Assembly: GCA_047602425.1 (NCBI GenBank)
Contig: JASGHG010000001.1
Location: 4,480,001 to 4,544,000 of the forward strand
Length of the DNA: 64,000 bases
Source of the DNA: Nibricoccus sp.
Lineage (GTDB): Bacteria; Verrucomicrobiota; Verrucomicrobiia; Opitutales; Opitutaceae
Reading direction: 5' to 3'
Part shown: piece by piece, positions 48,018 through 59,411 of the stretch
How the letters are laid out: every line of letters starts with the position of its first letter
Numbering within the stretch: position 1 is the first letter of the stretch
Translations under genes and position numbers: made by a program
Notes under the pieces: model-generated
Databases searched by the model: none
The model's input: the letters and a program-made list of their open reading frames with translations, nothing else
What the model was told of the DNA's origin: nothing

Positions 48018-48734
48018 CTAGTTGGTAGGCTTTTTTATTAGTCTAACCTCACTAGCGGGGATGATCACTGTATCTTTTTCTGTATCTGGTAGAAAAAGCA
48101 CAAATTCAGAGTAGCGGCGAAGTAGCCGGCCAGCTGACACTTTGCCTGACGCAAGTTCCACTGTGTCTACTCCCTTCTTGCTAGATGCAGTAATCGCGTC
48201 CTGCTTTCCGCTACCGTAAACGAAAAGCACGACTCCAACGATGGCCCAAACGGCAAATAGCAGTCGCGGCGGAAACTTTTTCTGCAGGCTATCGCGTGTA
48301 ACCAAAAACCCAGCAACTGACAGCCAAACCAAAACGTAAAGGTTATGGACGAACGGTCGAATGAACTCTGCATTAGCAACGATTGCGATCAAAAGCAAAA
48401 GACCGATCACCAAAAACATGTAGTCTGGTGAGCGTCGAATTTTGCGCCATAGCTCCGGATTGCCGGTTTGGCGCACAATTTCATCTTCGGATCTTCCTCC
48501 TTCTATATAACTGGTAGACGTCTCTAGGAAAAAGATGCCGGCGAATCCCACAAACAAAGGAGGTGCCCACGCGGAAGCTGACTTAATTAAATCATGAGGA
48601 TTGAGTGAAAGAACGGTCAGGCTAACTCCGGCACCGCTTGCGAAGCCATACTCATAGGCCAAGGAAACACAGGCGATGCCCGCGCCAGCAATCCCGACAA
48701 GACTAACCGTATCTGCTATGCTAGGGGGCTTCAT
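48018..48734 (-). CDS. Hypothetical membrane protein (low GC)
   Basis: ORF with ~5 TM segments and AT-richer codons. Confidence 0.65.
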   Translation of the reverse strand: MKPPSIADTVSLVGIAGAGIACVSLAYEYGFASGAGVSLTVLSLNPHDLIKSASAWAPPLFVGFAGIFFLETSTSYIEGGRSEDEIVRQTGNPELWRKIRRSPDYMFLVIGLLLLIAIVANAEFIRPFVHNLYVLVWLSVAGFLVTRDSLQKKFPPRLLFAVWAIVGVVLFVYGSGKQDAITASSKKGVDTVELASGKVSAGRLLRRYSEFVLFLPDTEKDTVIIPASEVRLIKKPTN

Positions 48735-49012
48735 GGTTAACAAATTGGTCAATCCACATTCAGCTTAACTTGGCTTTCTGCGACAGCGCCGATTTTAAGG
48801 AATACAATTCCATTGGGATAAGCTTTTAGTGGTGCTTTATGAAATAAGCTCCTACGAGGTTTCAGGGGCGGTCGAGTATTGATAAAAGACAAGCGAGACT
48901 CTGAAAGTCGAGCGGATTACATGGTCGATTTATTACAGGTTCATTTGGTTAGAGTGTGAAAATATGGAGTTCTGTGGCCGGAGAAGCGTGTGTAGGGCTT
49001 TGCATGTACATG

Positions 49013-49040
49013 AAAAAGCCCGCAGTTTCCTGCGGGCTTT
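49013..49040 (-). terminator. Intrinsic terminator after rho
   Basis: AAAAAGCCCGCAG-TTTC-CTGCGGGCTTT. Confidence 0.85.
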
Positions 49041-49069
49041 GGTGAATTGACGAAGGTTCGACTCGGGGC

Positions 49070-51082
49070 TTAGCGGTTGAGTCCCATGAGGAATTCGGCG
49101 TTGGTCTTTGTCTTCTTGAGGCGGGTGATGAGCATTTCCATCGCCTCGACCGGGGGGATGCCTTGCATGGCGCGGCGGAGGCCGTAGATGCGGAGCATTT
49201 CGTCGGGATGGTAGATGAGCTCTTCCTTGCGCGTGCCGGAGCGGTCCATGTTGATCGCGGGGAAAATGCGTTTGTCGACCAAACCACGATCCAGGTGCAA
49301 TTCCATGTTACCGGTGCCCTTGAATTCCTCGAAGATAACTTCGTCCATGCGACTGCCGGTATCGATCAGCGCGGTGGCAATGATCGTGAGGCTGCCGCCG
49401 CCTTCGATGTTGCGGGCTGCACCGAAAAAGCGTTTAGGCTTTTGCAGCGCGGTGGCTTCCATACCGCCGGACATGATCTTGCCGGAGTTGGAGGCAAGGG
49501 CGTTGTAGGCGCGGGCGAGACGGGTGATCGAGTCGAGCAGGATCACGACGTGCTGGCCGGCTTCGACGAGGCGGCGGGCTTTTTCGCCAACCATCTCGGC
49601 GCAGTGCACGTGGCTCTCGGGCGCTTCATCGAAGGTGGAGCTGACGACTTCGCCCTTCGTGTGGCGTTTGAAATCGGTGACTTCCTCGGGGCGCTCGTCG
49701 ATCAGCAGAAGGATGAGTTTTGCCTCAGGAAAATTGTTCGAAATGGAGTTGGCCATGTTTTGCAACAGGACCGTTTTGCCGGTGCGGGGCGGGGCGACGA
49801 TGAGGCCGCGTTGGCCGAAGCCGACGGGCGTGAGGATGTCGACCGCACGCATGGAGATGTCTTTGTGAATCTCGGGCGCTTCGAGAAGGATGCGCTGGAG
49901 CGGGTAGTAAGGGACGAGGTCCTCGAAGGGTTTTACCTTGGAGATTTCGGCCGGTTCGAGGCCCATGACCTTGTCGACACGGACGACGGACGGGCAGCGT
50001 TCGTTTTCCTTTGGAGCCTGGACCAGGACTTCGACTTGGTGGCCGCGTTTCAGACCCCACTTGAAAACAAGACTTTCAGGGAGGTAGGCATCTTCTGGAT
50101 ACAGGCGGTAGTTGACGGCCTCGTGAACGATGAAGCCATGACCCTTGTCGGTCATGTCGATCCAGCCGCGATCGAGAATCGGGCGTTTCGCGGCTGAGAG
50201 TTGTTTGAAAATCTCGGCTAGGACCTGTTTGCGGTTGGGCGCGCCGTCGAAATTGACGCCGAGGCGACGGGCTTCGGCGGTGAGTTCGGCGAGGTTGAGC
50301 GCGTAAAGTTTGTCGAGATAGACGGGTTCGCCTCCGCCCGAAGTGATATCGGTGGCGGTGGTTTCAAGGGCGGCGAGATCGGCGAAGTTGGCGGGATTGG
50401 GCAGATCGCCATAATGTGGCGTGAGATCCGGCGGGGGCGGTTGTTGCGGGAACTTTGGCTCACGCGGTTCGCCACCTTGTCCGCCTCCCTGTTGCCAGGG
50501 GCCGCCGCCATGGCGACCACGCTGGCGGTTCTTTTTATTCTTTTTCCAGTGAGGCTCGTTGCCGCCGTGCTGGCCGTGTTGTCCGTGCTGGCCATGGTTT
50601 CCGTGTTGCTGCCGTGGCGGGTGCTGGTGGCGTTGCTGCTGTTGCGGTGGTTGTGGCGAAGCGGAATCGGAGGACGGGGCCGCAGGAATCTGGTTCTCGG
50701 CGGAGGTTGGAGCGCTTTTTTCGGCGGGTGTTTCAGATGCCGGAGGTGCGTCGGACTTGGATTCGCTTTCAGGCTTGCTGCTTTCGGCGGGTTCGTCGGG
50801 GTCGAAGCTGTAGCGTTTGGGCTCGCTTTCCTCGCGAGCGGGAGGAGGGGGCGTCGGGGTGAAAATTTCGGCCGGTGCGGTCGCGGACTTGGGCGACTCC
50901 TCGGCAACGGGCGCGGATTCCAGATTTAATTCCGGGGTTTTCTCCTCGGACGCAGCGGCGGCTTTTTTCTTGCTGGTGGTGCTGCGGCTGCGTGTACGGG
51001 TGGCGCCGGTTTTTTTGGCGGCGGTTTTTTTGGCACCGGATTTTTTCACGGTGGGTTCGTCGTTAAGATCAGAGTCTGCCAT
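49070..51082 (-). CDS. rho: Transcription termination factor Rho with long low-complexity N-terminal extension
   Basis: [45 protein letters not shown] and SGTRKEE motifs. Confidence 0.97.
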   Translation of the reverse strand: MADSDLNDEPTVKKSGAKKTAAKKTGATRTRSRSTTSKKKAAAASEEKTPELNLESAPVAEESPKSATAPAEIFTPTPPPPAREESEPKRYSFDPDEPAESSKPESESKSDAPPASETPAEKSAPTSAENQIPAAPSSDSASPQPPQQQQRHQHPPRQQHGNHGQHGQHGQHGGNEPHWKKNKKNRQRGRHGGGPWQQGGGQGGEPREPKFPQQPPPPDLTPHYGDLPNPANFADLAALETTATDITSGGGEPVYLDKLYALNLAELTAEARRLGVNFDGAPNRKQVLAEIFKQLSAAKRPILDRGWIDMTDKGHGFIVHEAVNYRLYPEDAYLPESLVFKWGLKRGHQVEVLVQAPKENERCPSVVRVDKVMGLEPAEISKVKPFEDLVPYYPLQRILLEAPEIHKDISMRAVDILTPVGFGQRGLIVAPPRTGKTVLLQNMANSISNNFPEAKLILLLIDERPEEVTDFKRHTKGEVVSSTFDEAPESHVHCAEMVGEKARRLVEAGQHVVILLDSITRLARAYNALASNSGKIMSGGMEATALQKPKRFFGAARNIEGGGSLTIIATALIDTGSRMDEVIFEEFKGTGNMELHLDRGLVDKRIFPAINMDRSGTRKEELIYHPDEMLRIYGLRRAMQGIPPVEAMEMLITRLKKTKTNAEFLMGLNR

Positions 51083-51162
51083 GATAAATGATAGATGAAT
51101 GCGAGAAATTTTAGGGCGTAAAAGCGCGCCACAGGGGAGGCTTGGGGAAAGCCAGGGAGGCG

Positions 51163-51747
51163 TCAGCGGCCGGCCCGGAGTTCTGCGACCAGTCGGTTGA
51201 CTTGGTCACGCAGAAATTCGGGTGAACCGTCGTTTAACAATACGTAATCAGCGAGCTCAATTTTTTGCGCCAAGGGCAATTGCTTGGAAATTCGTTGCTC
51301 GGCGAGCGCTCTGGGGAGGCCGCGCTCTTCTAGCCGTGCGAGTTGAAGCTGCGAGGTTGTGGACACGCAGACGGTGAAATCAAACCAATTCTCCAAATGT
51401 TTTTCGAAGAGCAGGGGAACTTCTACAACATGGTCAAGTTCAGGGTGCGCCTCTAATTTTTCACGAACCAGGACGCGCAATCGCGGGTGGGTGAGTTCCT
51501 CCAGCCAGGTTAGAGCATTGGCATCCGCAAAAACGATTTTCGCAACCGCCGGCCGATTGATGCGTCCGTCGGTACCGATGGCCTCTGACCCGAATTTCAG
51601 TCGCAGGGCGGCGATGACTTCAGGTTGGGCGTGGACCTCGTTTTTGATGACTTCGTCGGTATCGATGCGGCGAAATCCCGCTTCGACGAAAAAGCGGGCG
51701 GCGGTCGATTTGCCACAACCAATACCACCGGTGAGTCCAAGCAACAT
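51163..51747 (-). CDS. coaE: Dephospho-CoA kinase
   Basis: [15 protein letters not shown] and EVPLLFE motifs. Confidence 0.95.
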   Translation of the reverse strand: MLLGLTGGIGCGKSTAARFFVEAGFRRIDTDEVIKNEVHAQPEVIAALRLKFGSEAIGTDGRINRPAVAKIVFADANALTWLEELTHPRLRVLVREKLEAHPELDHVVEVPLLFEKHLENWFDFTVCVSTTSQLQLARLEERGLPRALAEQRISKQLPLAQKIELADYVLLNDGSPEFLRDQVNRLVAELRAGR

Positions 51748-51868
51748 GATGAACGTGAAAGCGCCAGAGATTGGGCTTGCGAGACTTAGACGCAAATCAT
51801 TAGTCACAAGCTGCCGGCAAGAAATCTGGCCTGAAAACGGCTAGGGGCTTTCCGGTTTTCACCCCAGC

Positions 51869-52729
51869 ATGTTTCCCACGATCGACACGAAGAGTTCAAT
51901 CGCCGTGGCCGACGCCACTGCGACGGCATTTGCCGGCATGTTTCAGGGTAAAACCCCCAATCTGCTCCCGCGTCTGTTCGCGGATGTCGACGCGATGTTC
52001 GGTGGACGTTATATGGATTACCGGCAAATCGACACGCCGTATCATGACCTCGAGCATACCTTGCAGGTGGTTTGGTGCCTCGCGCAAATGCTCGCAGGTC
52101 GGCACCACGCCGGCATTGAGCCGCGCCTCAACGAACGCCAGTTCGAACTCGCGATCGCCGCCGCCCTGCTGCACGACACCGGCTATCTGAAAATGCGTGC
52201 CGACACCGAGGGCACGGGCGCCAAGTACACGTTCACCCACGTCCTCCGCAGCTGCGCCGTCGCCTCATCTTATCTACCGACCGTCGGTGTCAACCTCGAC
52301 GAACTCGACGGCGTGCTTGGCGCGATCCGTTGCACCAACTCTGGCACGCCCATCCGCCGCCTCCATTTTCGCAATCCCATCGAAGGTCTAGTCGGCTGCG
52401 CGGTCGCCACAGCCGATTACTTGGGACAAATGTCCGTATCGAACTACTTGGAAGAACTTCCGCGTCTGTTCGCCGAGTTTCACGAGTCGGATCAATTCGC
52501 CGCCGTACCCGAAGCGCAACGCCACTTCCGCTCGGTCGAAGAGCTTATTGCAAAAACTCCGCATTTCTGGCGGACGGTTGTGCAACCGAAACTCGATAAC
52601 GACCTTCTCGGCCTTTACCGCTTCCTCGCCACACCTTATCCCGACGGGCCGAACCATTACATGGAGGCCGTCAACCGCAACATCGCACTTGTCTCCGCCG
52701 CTGCCGCCGCTCATACACGCCAGAACTAA
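51869..52729 (+). CDS. HD-domain metal-dependent phosphohydrolase
   Basis: [14 protein letters not shown] and ADYLGQ motifs. Confidence 0.82.
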   Translation: MFPTIDTKSSIAVADATATAFAGMFQGKTPNLLPRLFADVDAMFGGRYMDYRQIDTPYHDLEHTLQVVWCLAQMLAGRHHAGIEPRLNERQFELAIAAALLHDTGYLKMRADTEGTGAKYTFTHVLRSCAVASSYLPTVGVNLDELDGVLGAIRCTNSGTPIRRLHFRNPIEGLVGCAVATADYLGQMSVSNYLEELPRLFAEFHESDQFAAVPEAQRHFRSVEELIAKTPHFWRTVVQPKLDNDLLGLYRFLATPYPDGPNHYMEAVNRNIALVSAAAAAHTRQN

Positions 52730-52731
52730 AT

Positions 52732-54270
52732 ATGCTGGCGACAATTTTTTCGGCGGGTTTGCAAGGTATCGACGCAGAGCTTGTGCACGTGGAGGTCAAC
52801 TCCGGCGAAACGGGCGAATGGAAACTCGTGCTGGTAGGCCTGCCTGATGCCGCCGTCAAGGAGTCTAACGACCGCGTGATGTCCGCCCTCGGCAACACCG
52901 GCTTCAAAAAGCCTCGCACTCGAACCACCATCAATCTTGCCCCCGGCGACATGCGCAAGGAAGGCCCGATGTACGACCTGCCCATCGCGCTCGGCCTGCT
53001 CACCGCCACCGGTCAGCTCCCTCCCGACGGCATTGACCAATATCTGATCGCTGGCGAACTCGGCCTCTCCGGCGCCACGCGACCGATCCGCGGCGCGCTC
53101 GCTTTGGCGCGCCTCGCAAAATCCCTCGGCAAACGCGGTGTGTTGCTCCCCGTAGCCTCCGCGCCCGAGGCCGCTCTCGTTGAAGGATTGGAAGTCTATG
53201 CCGTGCCCTCGCTCGACCACGCCTTTCGCTTTCTCAAAGGCGAACTCAAGCTCGAACCCACACCCGCTAGGCCACACTCCGCGCCAACCGCGCATAGTGA
53301 GGACGGTTTGGGCGATTTCTCCGAAATCAAAGGCCAGCACGCCCTCCGCCGCGCCGTCGAAGTCGCCGTCGCGGGTAACCACAACCTTCTGATGATCGGG
53401 CCCCCCGGCTCGGGAAAATCCATGGTCGCGAAACGTGTGCCGACCATCATGCCAGCGCCAATTTTGGACGAGTCGCTTGAAATCCTGAGCATCCACTCTG
53501 CCGCCGGCCAGACCCTCAGCGGACCGGCGGTTTTCGGACGTCGTCCCGTGCGCTCGCCGCATCATACTATTTCCGATGTCGGCCTGCTTGGCGGCGGCGC
53601 GATTCCCGGCCCCGGCGAAATCTCGCTCGCGCACAACGGCGTACTTTTCCTCGACGAGTTGCCCGAGTTCAAACGCTCCGCGCTCGAAGTCCTCCGCCAG
53701 CCTTTGGAAGACGGCGTCGTCTCGATCTCGCGTAGCGCCGGCAAAGTGACGCTGCCTTGTTCCTTCATGTTGGTTGCGGCGATGAACCCTTGCCCCTGCG
53801 GCTACCTCGGCGATAAGAAACACGAATGCCGCTGCTCGCCGCCACAAATCCAGCGCTACCGCTCGCGCATCAGCGGCCCGCTGCTCGACCGCATCGACAT
53901 TCACATCGAAGCGCCCGCGCTCTCGATTGCTGAACTGCGCAACGAAAAACACGGCGAAACTTCCGAGACCGTTCGCACACGGGTGCAAGCCGCTCGCAAC
54001 CGCCAGCACGAACGTTTTGCTGGAAGTAAAATCACCTCCAACGCCCGCATGACCCATGCGCAGATCCGCAAACACTGCGCAATCGACAGCACGCTCGGCG
54101 ACCTGCTGCAACACGCGATGGAACAACTTTCGCTTTCGGCCCGGGCCTACGACCGCATTTTGAAAGTCGCCCGCACCATCGCCGATCTGGCCGCCTCCGA
54201 AAAGATCGAATCGAACCACCTGCTAGAAGCCATCCAGTACCGCAGCCTGGATCGGAATGTGTTTTATTGA
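52732..54270 (+). CDS. comM: YifB/ComM Mg-chelatase-like AAA+ ATPase
   Basis: [39 protein letters not shown] and SGPLLDRID motifs. Confidence 0.93.
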   Translation: MLATIFSAGLQGIDAELVHVEVNSGETGEWKLVLVGLPDAAVKESNDRVMSALGNTGFKKPRTRTTINLAPGDMRKEGPMYDLPIALGLLTATGQLPPDGIDQYLIAGELGLSGATRPIRGALALARLAKSLGKRGVLLPVASAPEAALVEGLEVYAVPSLDHAFRFLKGELKLEPTPARPHSAPTAHSEDGLGDFSEIKGQHALRRAVEVAVAGNHNLLMIGPPGSGKSMVAKRVPTIMPAPILDESLEILSIHSAAGQTLSGPAVFGRRPVRSPHHTISDVGLLGGGAIPGPGEISLAHNGVLFLDELPEFKRSALEVLRQPLEDGVVSISRSAGKVTLPCSFMLVAAMNPCPCGYLGDKKHECRCSPPQIQRYRSRISGPLLDRIDIHIEAPALSIAELRNEKHGETSETVRTRVQAARNRQHERFAGSKITSNARMTHAQIRKHCAIDSTLGDLLQHAMEQLSLSARAYDRILKVARTIADLAASEKIESNHLLEAIQYRSLDRNVFY

Positions 54271-54326
54271 AAACACACGTTTGCGTAATAACCTCAAAAA
54301 ACCTGCCCTCGTTAGATCTCCTCGTT

Positions 54327-55256
54327 ATGAACTATATCGTTGAAGGCTGGGTTGATGCCGAGCGCCATAGCTCCGACATTTCGCAAGAACGTTACGCTGA
54401 AGTAAAAGAGGCTCGTGACCGATGCCTCGTAGCAGTTGAAATCGAGGAGAAATTCCAACTCCTTCTGGAGAACTACAATGAGTTTGAAGTGGATCTCCTT
54501 AGAATTGCCGAAAGGGTTGTGATCTCCAGCCATGAAGGACACGATGTGTCTATGACGCAGCGGTTGTTGCTCGATAGGCGTATTGCTAATCTACTTACAG
54601 CTTGCCGATTGTTTCTCGACCAGACCGCTCATTCCGTATCATCTCAATTTGGAGCGAAGAGTCCTGAATTTCTAAGACTAAAGAGGTTCAAGAATGATTG
54701 TTACGATAAGACGAGCGGGTATCGTATAATGGAGGAACTCAGAAATCACGTACAGCACGCGGGGTTACTTGTGCATATTATCACGTATAGCCATTTCACG
54801 GTGGAATGTGATGGTAACAGATATCCCGTCACCGCAATCATACCGCATTCGAGGACCAGTGATCTTTGTGCTAAGGGAAAGATTAAGGCGAGTGTCCTCA
54901 AAGATCTGAACGCAGAAGGAAATGATGTCGATCTGCGGCAGCCGATTCGAGAATACCTTTCATGCATGGTTCAACTGCATGGTGAGCTTCGGGCCATGTT
55001 TGCAGAACGAATAAAAATAGCGCACGAGACTTTTAGGACGGCAACGAACGAATTCACTAAAATCGACGGGGTTGAAGTGAAGTATCCGAGCTTGGCAACT
55101 GTGGACAGCGGTGGTCGGTTGAGCGAAAGCGTATATCTCGGTAAAGAGATGCTCGTCTACTACGATGAGCTAGTTCGACGAAACAAAGTTGCGGATCAGT
55201 TAGAACGTCGCAGTGCTGCAAACTTATACGTGAGAAAGACGCTACGGGTTGAATAG
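54327..55256 (+). CDS. Hypothetical low-GC protein with an RxxxxH (HEPN-like) motif
   Basis: Helical protein containing ELRNHVQH, with atypical codon usage. Confidence 0.7.
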   Translation: MNYIVEGWVDAERHSSDISQERYAEVKEARDRCLVAVEIEEKFQLLLENYNEFEVDLLRIAERVVISSHEGHDVSMTQRLLLDRRIANLLTACRLFLDQTAHSVSSQFGAKSPEFLRLKRFKNDCYDKTSGYRIMEELRNHVQHAGLLVHIITYSHFTVECDGNRYPVTAIIPHSRTSDLCAKGKIKASVLKDLNAEGNDVDLRQPIREYLSCMVQLHGELRAMFAERIKIAHETFRTATNEFTKIDGVEVKYPSLATVDSGGRLSESVYLGKEMLVYYDELVRRNKVADQLERRSAANLYVRKTLRVE

Positions 55257-55295
55257 ACGACTGGGCAAAGGGAATTCCTTCAACACGCAGCAGAC

Positions 55296-56639
55296 TCAGG
55301 TGAAATCTTCCACCGGGAGGAGCAGCGAATCGCCTTTGACTGCGGGGAGTTTGGCGATGGCGGTGCGGGCTTTGTCCATTGCGGCGCGGCTGGCTTTGTG
55401 CGTCATCAGGATTAGTGGGACGGCTTCGCCTTCGTGGCCTTCGGGCTGCACGATCGAGGCGATGCTGATGCCGGCGGTGCTGAGAATCGCGGAGATTTTG
55501 GCGATGACGCCTGGTTTGTCCACGACGTTGAGGCGAAGATAAAAGCGCGAAGAAGTTTCGCTGTAGGGGACAACTGTGCCCTGTGCGCACGCAGCAAAGG
55601 CGGGCACGCGGTCGAGGGTGCCATGGGTGATGTCGAGGCCTGCGTCGGCGAGGTCGCTCAGGACGGCGCTGGCGGTCGCATCTTTGCCGGCGCCGCGTCC
55701 ATAGTAGAGCGTATCGCCAATCGGGAAGCCGGAAACGAAGACGGCGTTGAAGACGTCGTTCACGCTGGCGATGACGTGGCTTTGCGGGACGAGGGTCGGG
55801 CTCACGGCCACGCTGATGCGGGCGCCAGAGGATTTGCTTTTCTTAGATTTTGCTTTGGCGGATTTCGACGGTTCGGCTTGGCGGACGGAGCCGAGAAGCT
55901 TGATGGTGTAGCCGAGTTGTTGGGCGAAGCGGATATCGAGTGGCGTAAGCGGCCGAATGCCTTCGACGTGAATGTCGTGGTGATCGACCCAGAAACCGTG
56001 CGCGAGCGAGGCGAGGATGCCGGTTTTGTGCGCGGCGTCGTGGCCGTCGACGTCGAGTGTCGGGTCGGCTTCGGCATAACCGAGGCGTTGTGCGTCGGCG
56101 AGCACGGCGTCGAAGGCGGCGCCTTCGCGGGTCATGCGAGTGAGGATGTAATTGCAGGTGCCGTTGACGATGCCGTAGATGCGCTCGAAGCGGTTGCCGA
56201 CGAGGGCTTCGCGCAGGGTTTTGATGATAGGAATGCCGCCGGCGACGCTGGCTTCGTAATAGAGATTGGTGCCGGCTTTTTTGGCGGCGGCGAAGAGTTC
56301 GGGTCCGTGGGCGGAGAGCAGAGCCTTGTTGGCGGTGACGACGGCTTTGCCCTTTTCGAGGGCGGCGAGGACAATGGTCTTGGCGATGCCGGTGCCGCCG
56401 ACGAGTTCGGTGACGATTTGAATCTCGGGATCCTCGACGACATCTTTCCAGTTGAGCGTCATCAGGGACGGTGTGATCGGGTAGGGGCGAGGCTCGTCGA
56501 AGGCCTTGACCGCGACTCTGCGGATGACGAGGCGAACGCCGGTGCGGGCAGCCATGAGCTCCGCGTTTTGCTGGAGCGCGTTGAATACGCCGCTGCCCAC
56601 GGTGCCGCCGCCGATCATGCCGAGATTGACTTGTTTCAT
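55296..56639 (-). CDS. hom: Homoserine dehydrogenase with C-terminal ACT domain
   Basis: GGGTVG, TANK, EASVAGGIP, NGTCNYIL, GYAEADP, GRGAG and DKPGVIA motifs. Confidence 0.96.
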   Translation of the reverse strand: MKQVNLGMIGGGTVGSGVFNALQQNAELMAARTGVRLVIRRVAVKAFDEPRPYPITPSLMTLNWKDVVEDPEIQIVTELVGGTGIAKTIVLAALEKGKAVVTANKALLSAHGPELFAAAKKAGTNLYYEASVAGGIPIIKTLREALVGNRFERIYGIVNGTCNYILTRMTREGAAFDAVLADAQRLGYAEADPTLDVDGHDAAHKTGILASLAHGFWVDHHDIHVEGIRPLTPLDIRFAQQLGYTIKLLGSVRQAEPSKSAKAKSKKSKSSGARISVAVSPTLVPQSHVIASVNDVFNAVFVSGFPIGDTLYYGRGAGKDATASAVLSDLADAGLDITHGTLDRVPAFAACAQGTVVPYSETSSRFYLRLNVVDKPGVIAKISAILSTAGISIASIVQPEGHEGEAVPLILMTHKASRAAMDKARTAIAKLPAVKGDSLLLPVEDFT

Positions 56640-56834
56640 AGAGGTAAAGGCGCGAGCAAAAGCACTTGGCGACGGCGCGACAATGCTTGATTGGGAAAAA
56701 ATTCCGCAACTTGAACACCGCGTTAACGTTTTTGGTCTGCCACCGGCAAGAAAGGCACAGTGGTCGGCAAAAGCTTGCGGCGCAGAAATGCTGGCTTTGC
56801 GTTTGGCGGAACTTTAGCTACGTTCGGCACCTCC

Positions 56835-57266
56835 ATGAGCGATCTCAGCGATCTCTATCAATCGGTCATCCTTGATCACAACAAGCGTCCGCGTAATCGC
56901 GGCAAGCTCCCGACCGCCAACCGCGTGGCCACGGGCGACAATCCGACGTGCGGCGACAACTGCACCGTCCACTTGCGGCTCGAAGGCGACCGAATCGCGG
57001 AAATTTCCTTTGAAGGCTCCGGCTGTGCGATCTCGCAAGCCTCCGCCTCGCTCATGACCACGCAGCTTAAAGGCAAGACGAAAGACGAAGCGGCCGATAC
57101 CTACAAACGTTTCTCGGACATCGTGAAAACCGGTCAGGCTCCGGAAGAGTTCGACGAACTCGCCGCTTTTGCCGGCGTGCATGCGTTTCCCGCGCGCATC
57201 AAATGCGCCACGCTCTCGTGGCACGCTGCGCTTGAAGCCGCCAACCAGCCGGAGGCCAACGTATGA
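56835..57266 (+). CDS. sufU: SufU/NifU-like Fe-S assembly protein
   Basis: LYQSVILDH, NPTCGD, GCAISQAS and RIKCATL motifs. Confidence 0.93.
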   Translation: MSDLSDLYQSVILDHNKRPRNRGKLPTANRVATGDNPTCGDNCTVHLRLEGDRIAEISFEGSGCAISQASASLMTTQLKGKTKDEAADTYKRFSDIVKTGQAPEEFDELAAFAGVHAFPARIKCATLSWHAALEAANQPEANV

Positions 57267-58534
57267 GCGCCGCCCTTCCCGTTCTTAAACAGCCGCGCCT
57301 TTCCTCGAAGTTCTGGGACGACGTGCGGGCCGACTTTCCCGTGCTGCATCAGCACGTGGGCAACAAGCCGCTGATCTATCTCGACAACGCCGCCACCACC
57401 CACAAGCCCAGCGCGGTCATCGATGTGCTGGCGCGTTTTTATCAACAGGACAACAGCAACGTCCATCGCGGTCTGCACGCGCTTTCCATGCGCTCGACCG
57501 ATGGCTACGAGGCGGCGCGTGTATGCTCGGCGAAGTTCATCAACGCCGCTGCTCCGGAGGAAATCGTATTTACCCGTGGCACGACGGAATCGATCAATCT
57601 CGTCGCGCAAAGCTGGGGCGCCGCCAATCTGAAAAAAGGCGACGTCGTCCTGATCACCGAGATGGAACATCATTCCAACCTTGTGCCGTGGCAGCTCATC
57701 ACCGAGCGCACCGGTGCAACGCTGCGCTACGTGCCGGTGGTCGGCGAAAATGCCGAGGGAGGACTCGACCTCGAGGCGCTCGACAATCTCCTCACGCCGC
57801 AGGTGAAACTTTTCGCGTTCACACACATCTCGAACACGCTCGGCGTGATCAATCCCGTGGCCGAACTATGTGCCAAGGCTAAAAAAGTCGGTGCGTTGAC
57901 CTTGATCGACGCCGCGCAATCCGTTGGTCACGAGCCCATCGATGTGCAGGCGCTGGGCTGCGATTTTCTCGCGTTTTCCGGACACAAGATGGCTGGCCCG
58001 ACCGGCATTGGCGTGTTGTATGGACGCAAGGCGTTGCTTGATGCGATGCCGCCCTGGCAGGGCGGCGGCGGTATGATTTCGACCGTCGAATATTCCGGCA
58101 GCAAGTGGAAGCCGTCTCCCGAGCGCTTCGAAGCCGGCACGCCCAACGTGGCTGACGCGATCGCGCTGCATGCGGCGATGGATTACCTCGATGCACTGGG
58201 TCGGCCCCGCATTGCCGAGCACGATTACAAACTTGCGGCCAAGGCCTACGCGGCGCTGAGCGAGTTGCCCGGCATCCGAATCCTCGGGCCAAAGGGCGCG
58301 CGCAGCGGATTGGTGAGCTTCGCGCTCAAGGATGCGCACGCGCACGACGTGGTGACGTTTGCCGATCAAGACGGTATCGCCTTGCGCGGCGGTCATCACT
58401 GCAACCAGCCGCTCATGCGCAAACTCGGCCTGCCGAGCACGGTTCGTGCGAGCTTCTACGTTTACAACAACGCCGCCGAGATCGACGCCCTCGTGTCATC
58501 CATGCGGAAGATCGTGAAATTTTTCGCCGGCTGA
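57263..58534 (+). CDS. sufS: SufS-family cysteine desulfurase
   Basis: YLDNAAT, EHHSN, SGHKM, FEAGTP and RGGHHC motifs. Confidence 0.95.
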   Translation: MSAALPVLKQPRLSSKFWDDVRADFPVLHQHVGNKPLIYLDNAATTHKPSAVIDVLARFYQQDNSNVHRGLHALSMRSTDGYEAARVCSAKFINAAAPEEIVFTRGTTESINLVAQSWGAANLKKGDVVLITEMEHHSNLVPWQLITERTGATLRYVPVVGENAEGGLDLEALDNLLTPQVKLFAFTHISNTLGVINPVAELCAKAKKVGALTLIDAAQSVGHEPIDVQALGCDFLAFSGHKMAGPTGIGVLYGRKALLDAMPPWQGGGGMISTVEYSGSKWKPSPERFEAGTPNVADAIALHAAMDYLDALGRPRIAEHDYKLAAKAYAALSELPGIRILGPKGARSGLVSFALKDAHAHDVVTFADQDGIALRGGHHCNQPLMRKLGLPSTVRASFYVYNNAAEIDALVSSMRKIVKFFAG

Positions 58535-58597
58535 GAAGTTTTCAGGGCAAAGTTTGTCGCTAAACTATTGGTCCAAGCGGCCGATAAAGTTGGTTGT

Positions 58598-59380
58598 ATG
58601 CGATTACCCACTACCTCGCTGGCCGGACGATTTTTTGTTTTCGCAGGGCTCGTTCTGGGGCTCGCGACTATCGCTTCGGGGGCCGAGACGCTGCGATTGC
58701 GGGCCGACATGTGGATGCCATACAACGGCGATCCTGAGTCGAAAACGCCGGGCTACGTCGTCGAATTGGCGAAAGCGATTTTTGAACCGCAAGGCATCAA
58801 GGTGGACTACCAGATGATGCCATGGGCGGAAGCGTTGACGAATGCACGCTCGGGCAAAATCGATGGTGTCATTGGCGCCGGCTCGGCTGAGTTGGAAGGC
58901 TTGATCGCCCCCGACGAGTCAATCGGCGAACCACGTGTCGTGTTGCTCGTGAAAAAGGACAGTCCGTGGAAATTTGAAAACGTCACTTCGCTCAAAGGCG
59001 TGCGCCTCGGAGCGATTGAAGGCTACACTTACTGGGAAGCGCTCGACGCGTACATTAAAGCCGGCAAGGCACCGGCTGTTGTGCAGTTTGGCGGCGAGAC
59101 GCCTTTGGTCGACGGGCTAAACCAGTTAAAAGAGGGAAAAATCGACGTTATGCCCGAGACCATGGCGGTTTTTGTTTGGACGGTCAAAGGCATGGGCCTG
59201 TCGCCGTCGGATTTCCGCATCGCATACACCTGGCAGAATGAACCGATCTACCTGGCTTTCTCGAAGAACGATAAAGGCGCACGCTATGCCAAAATGTTCG
59301 ACGAAGGCATGGGCAAGATGCGCGCCTCGGGCGCGTTGGCAGCTCTGCTTAAACGCTACGGACTGGCCGAGTGGAAATAA
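58598..59380 (+). CDS. Family 3 extracytoplasmic solute-binding protein
   Basis: Signal peptide, WMPY, GYVVEL, MPWAEA and GKIDV motifs. Confidence 0.82.
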   Translation: MRLPTTSLAGRFFVFAGLVLGLATIASGAETLRLRADMWMPYNGDPESKTPGYVVELAKAIFEPQGIKVDYQMMPWAEALTNARSGKIDGVIGAGSAELEGLIAPDESIGEPRVVLLVKKDSPWKFENVTSLKGVRLGAIEGYTYWEALDAYIKAGKAPAVVQFGGETPLVDGLNQLKEGKIDVMPETMAVFVWTVKGMGLSPSDFRIAYTWQNEPIYLAFSKNDKGARYAKMFDEGMGKMRASGALAALLKRYGLAEWK

Positions 59381-59411
59381 GTCTGATCGGGATTCGCGTG
59401 ACCGAAACCAT

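Noticed and set aside
52732..54270. comM interrupted by a mobile element
   Set aside because: The reading frame is full length with all motifs intact.
55825..55880. Lys/Ser-rich insertion in homoserine dehydrogenase (EPSKSAKAKSKKSKSS)
   Set aside because: It looks like a short surface-loop expansion with no clear DNA repeat structure or functional implication.
9129..56690. Many long antisense ORFs (e.g. 9129-10214, 25398-26945, 30887-32197, 43078-44037, 52726-54219, 55434-56690)
   Set aside because: They are shadows of well-supported genes on the opposite strand in GC-rich DNA and have no recognisable motifs.
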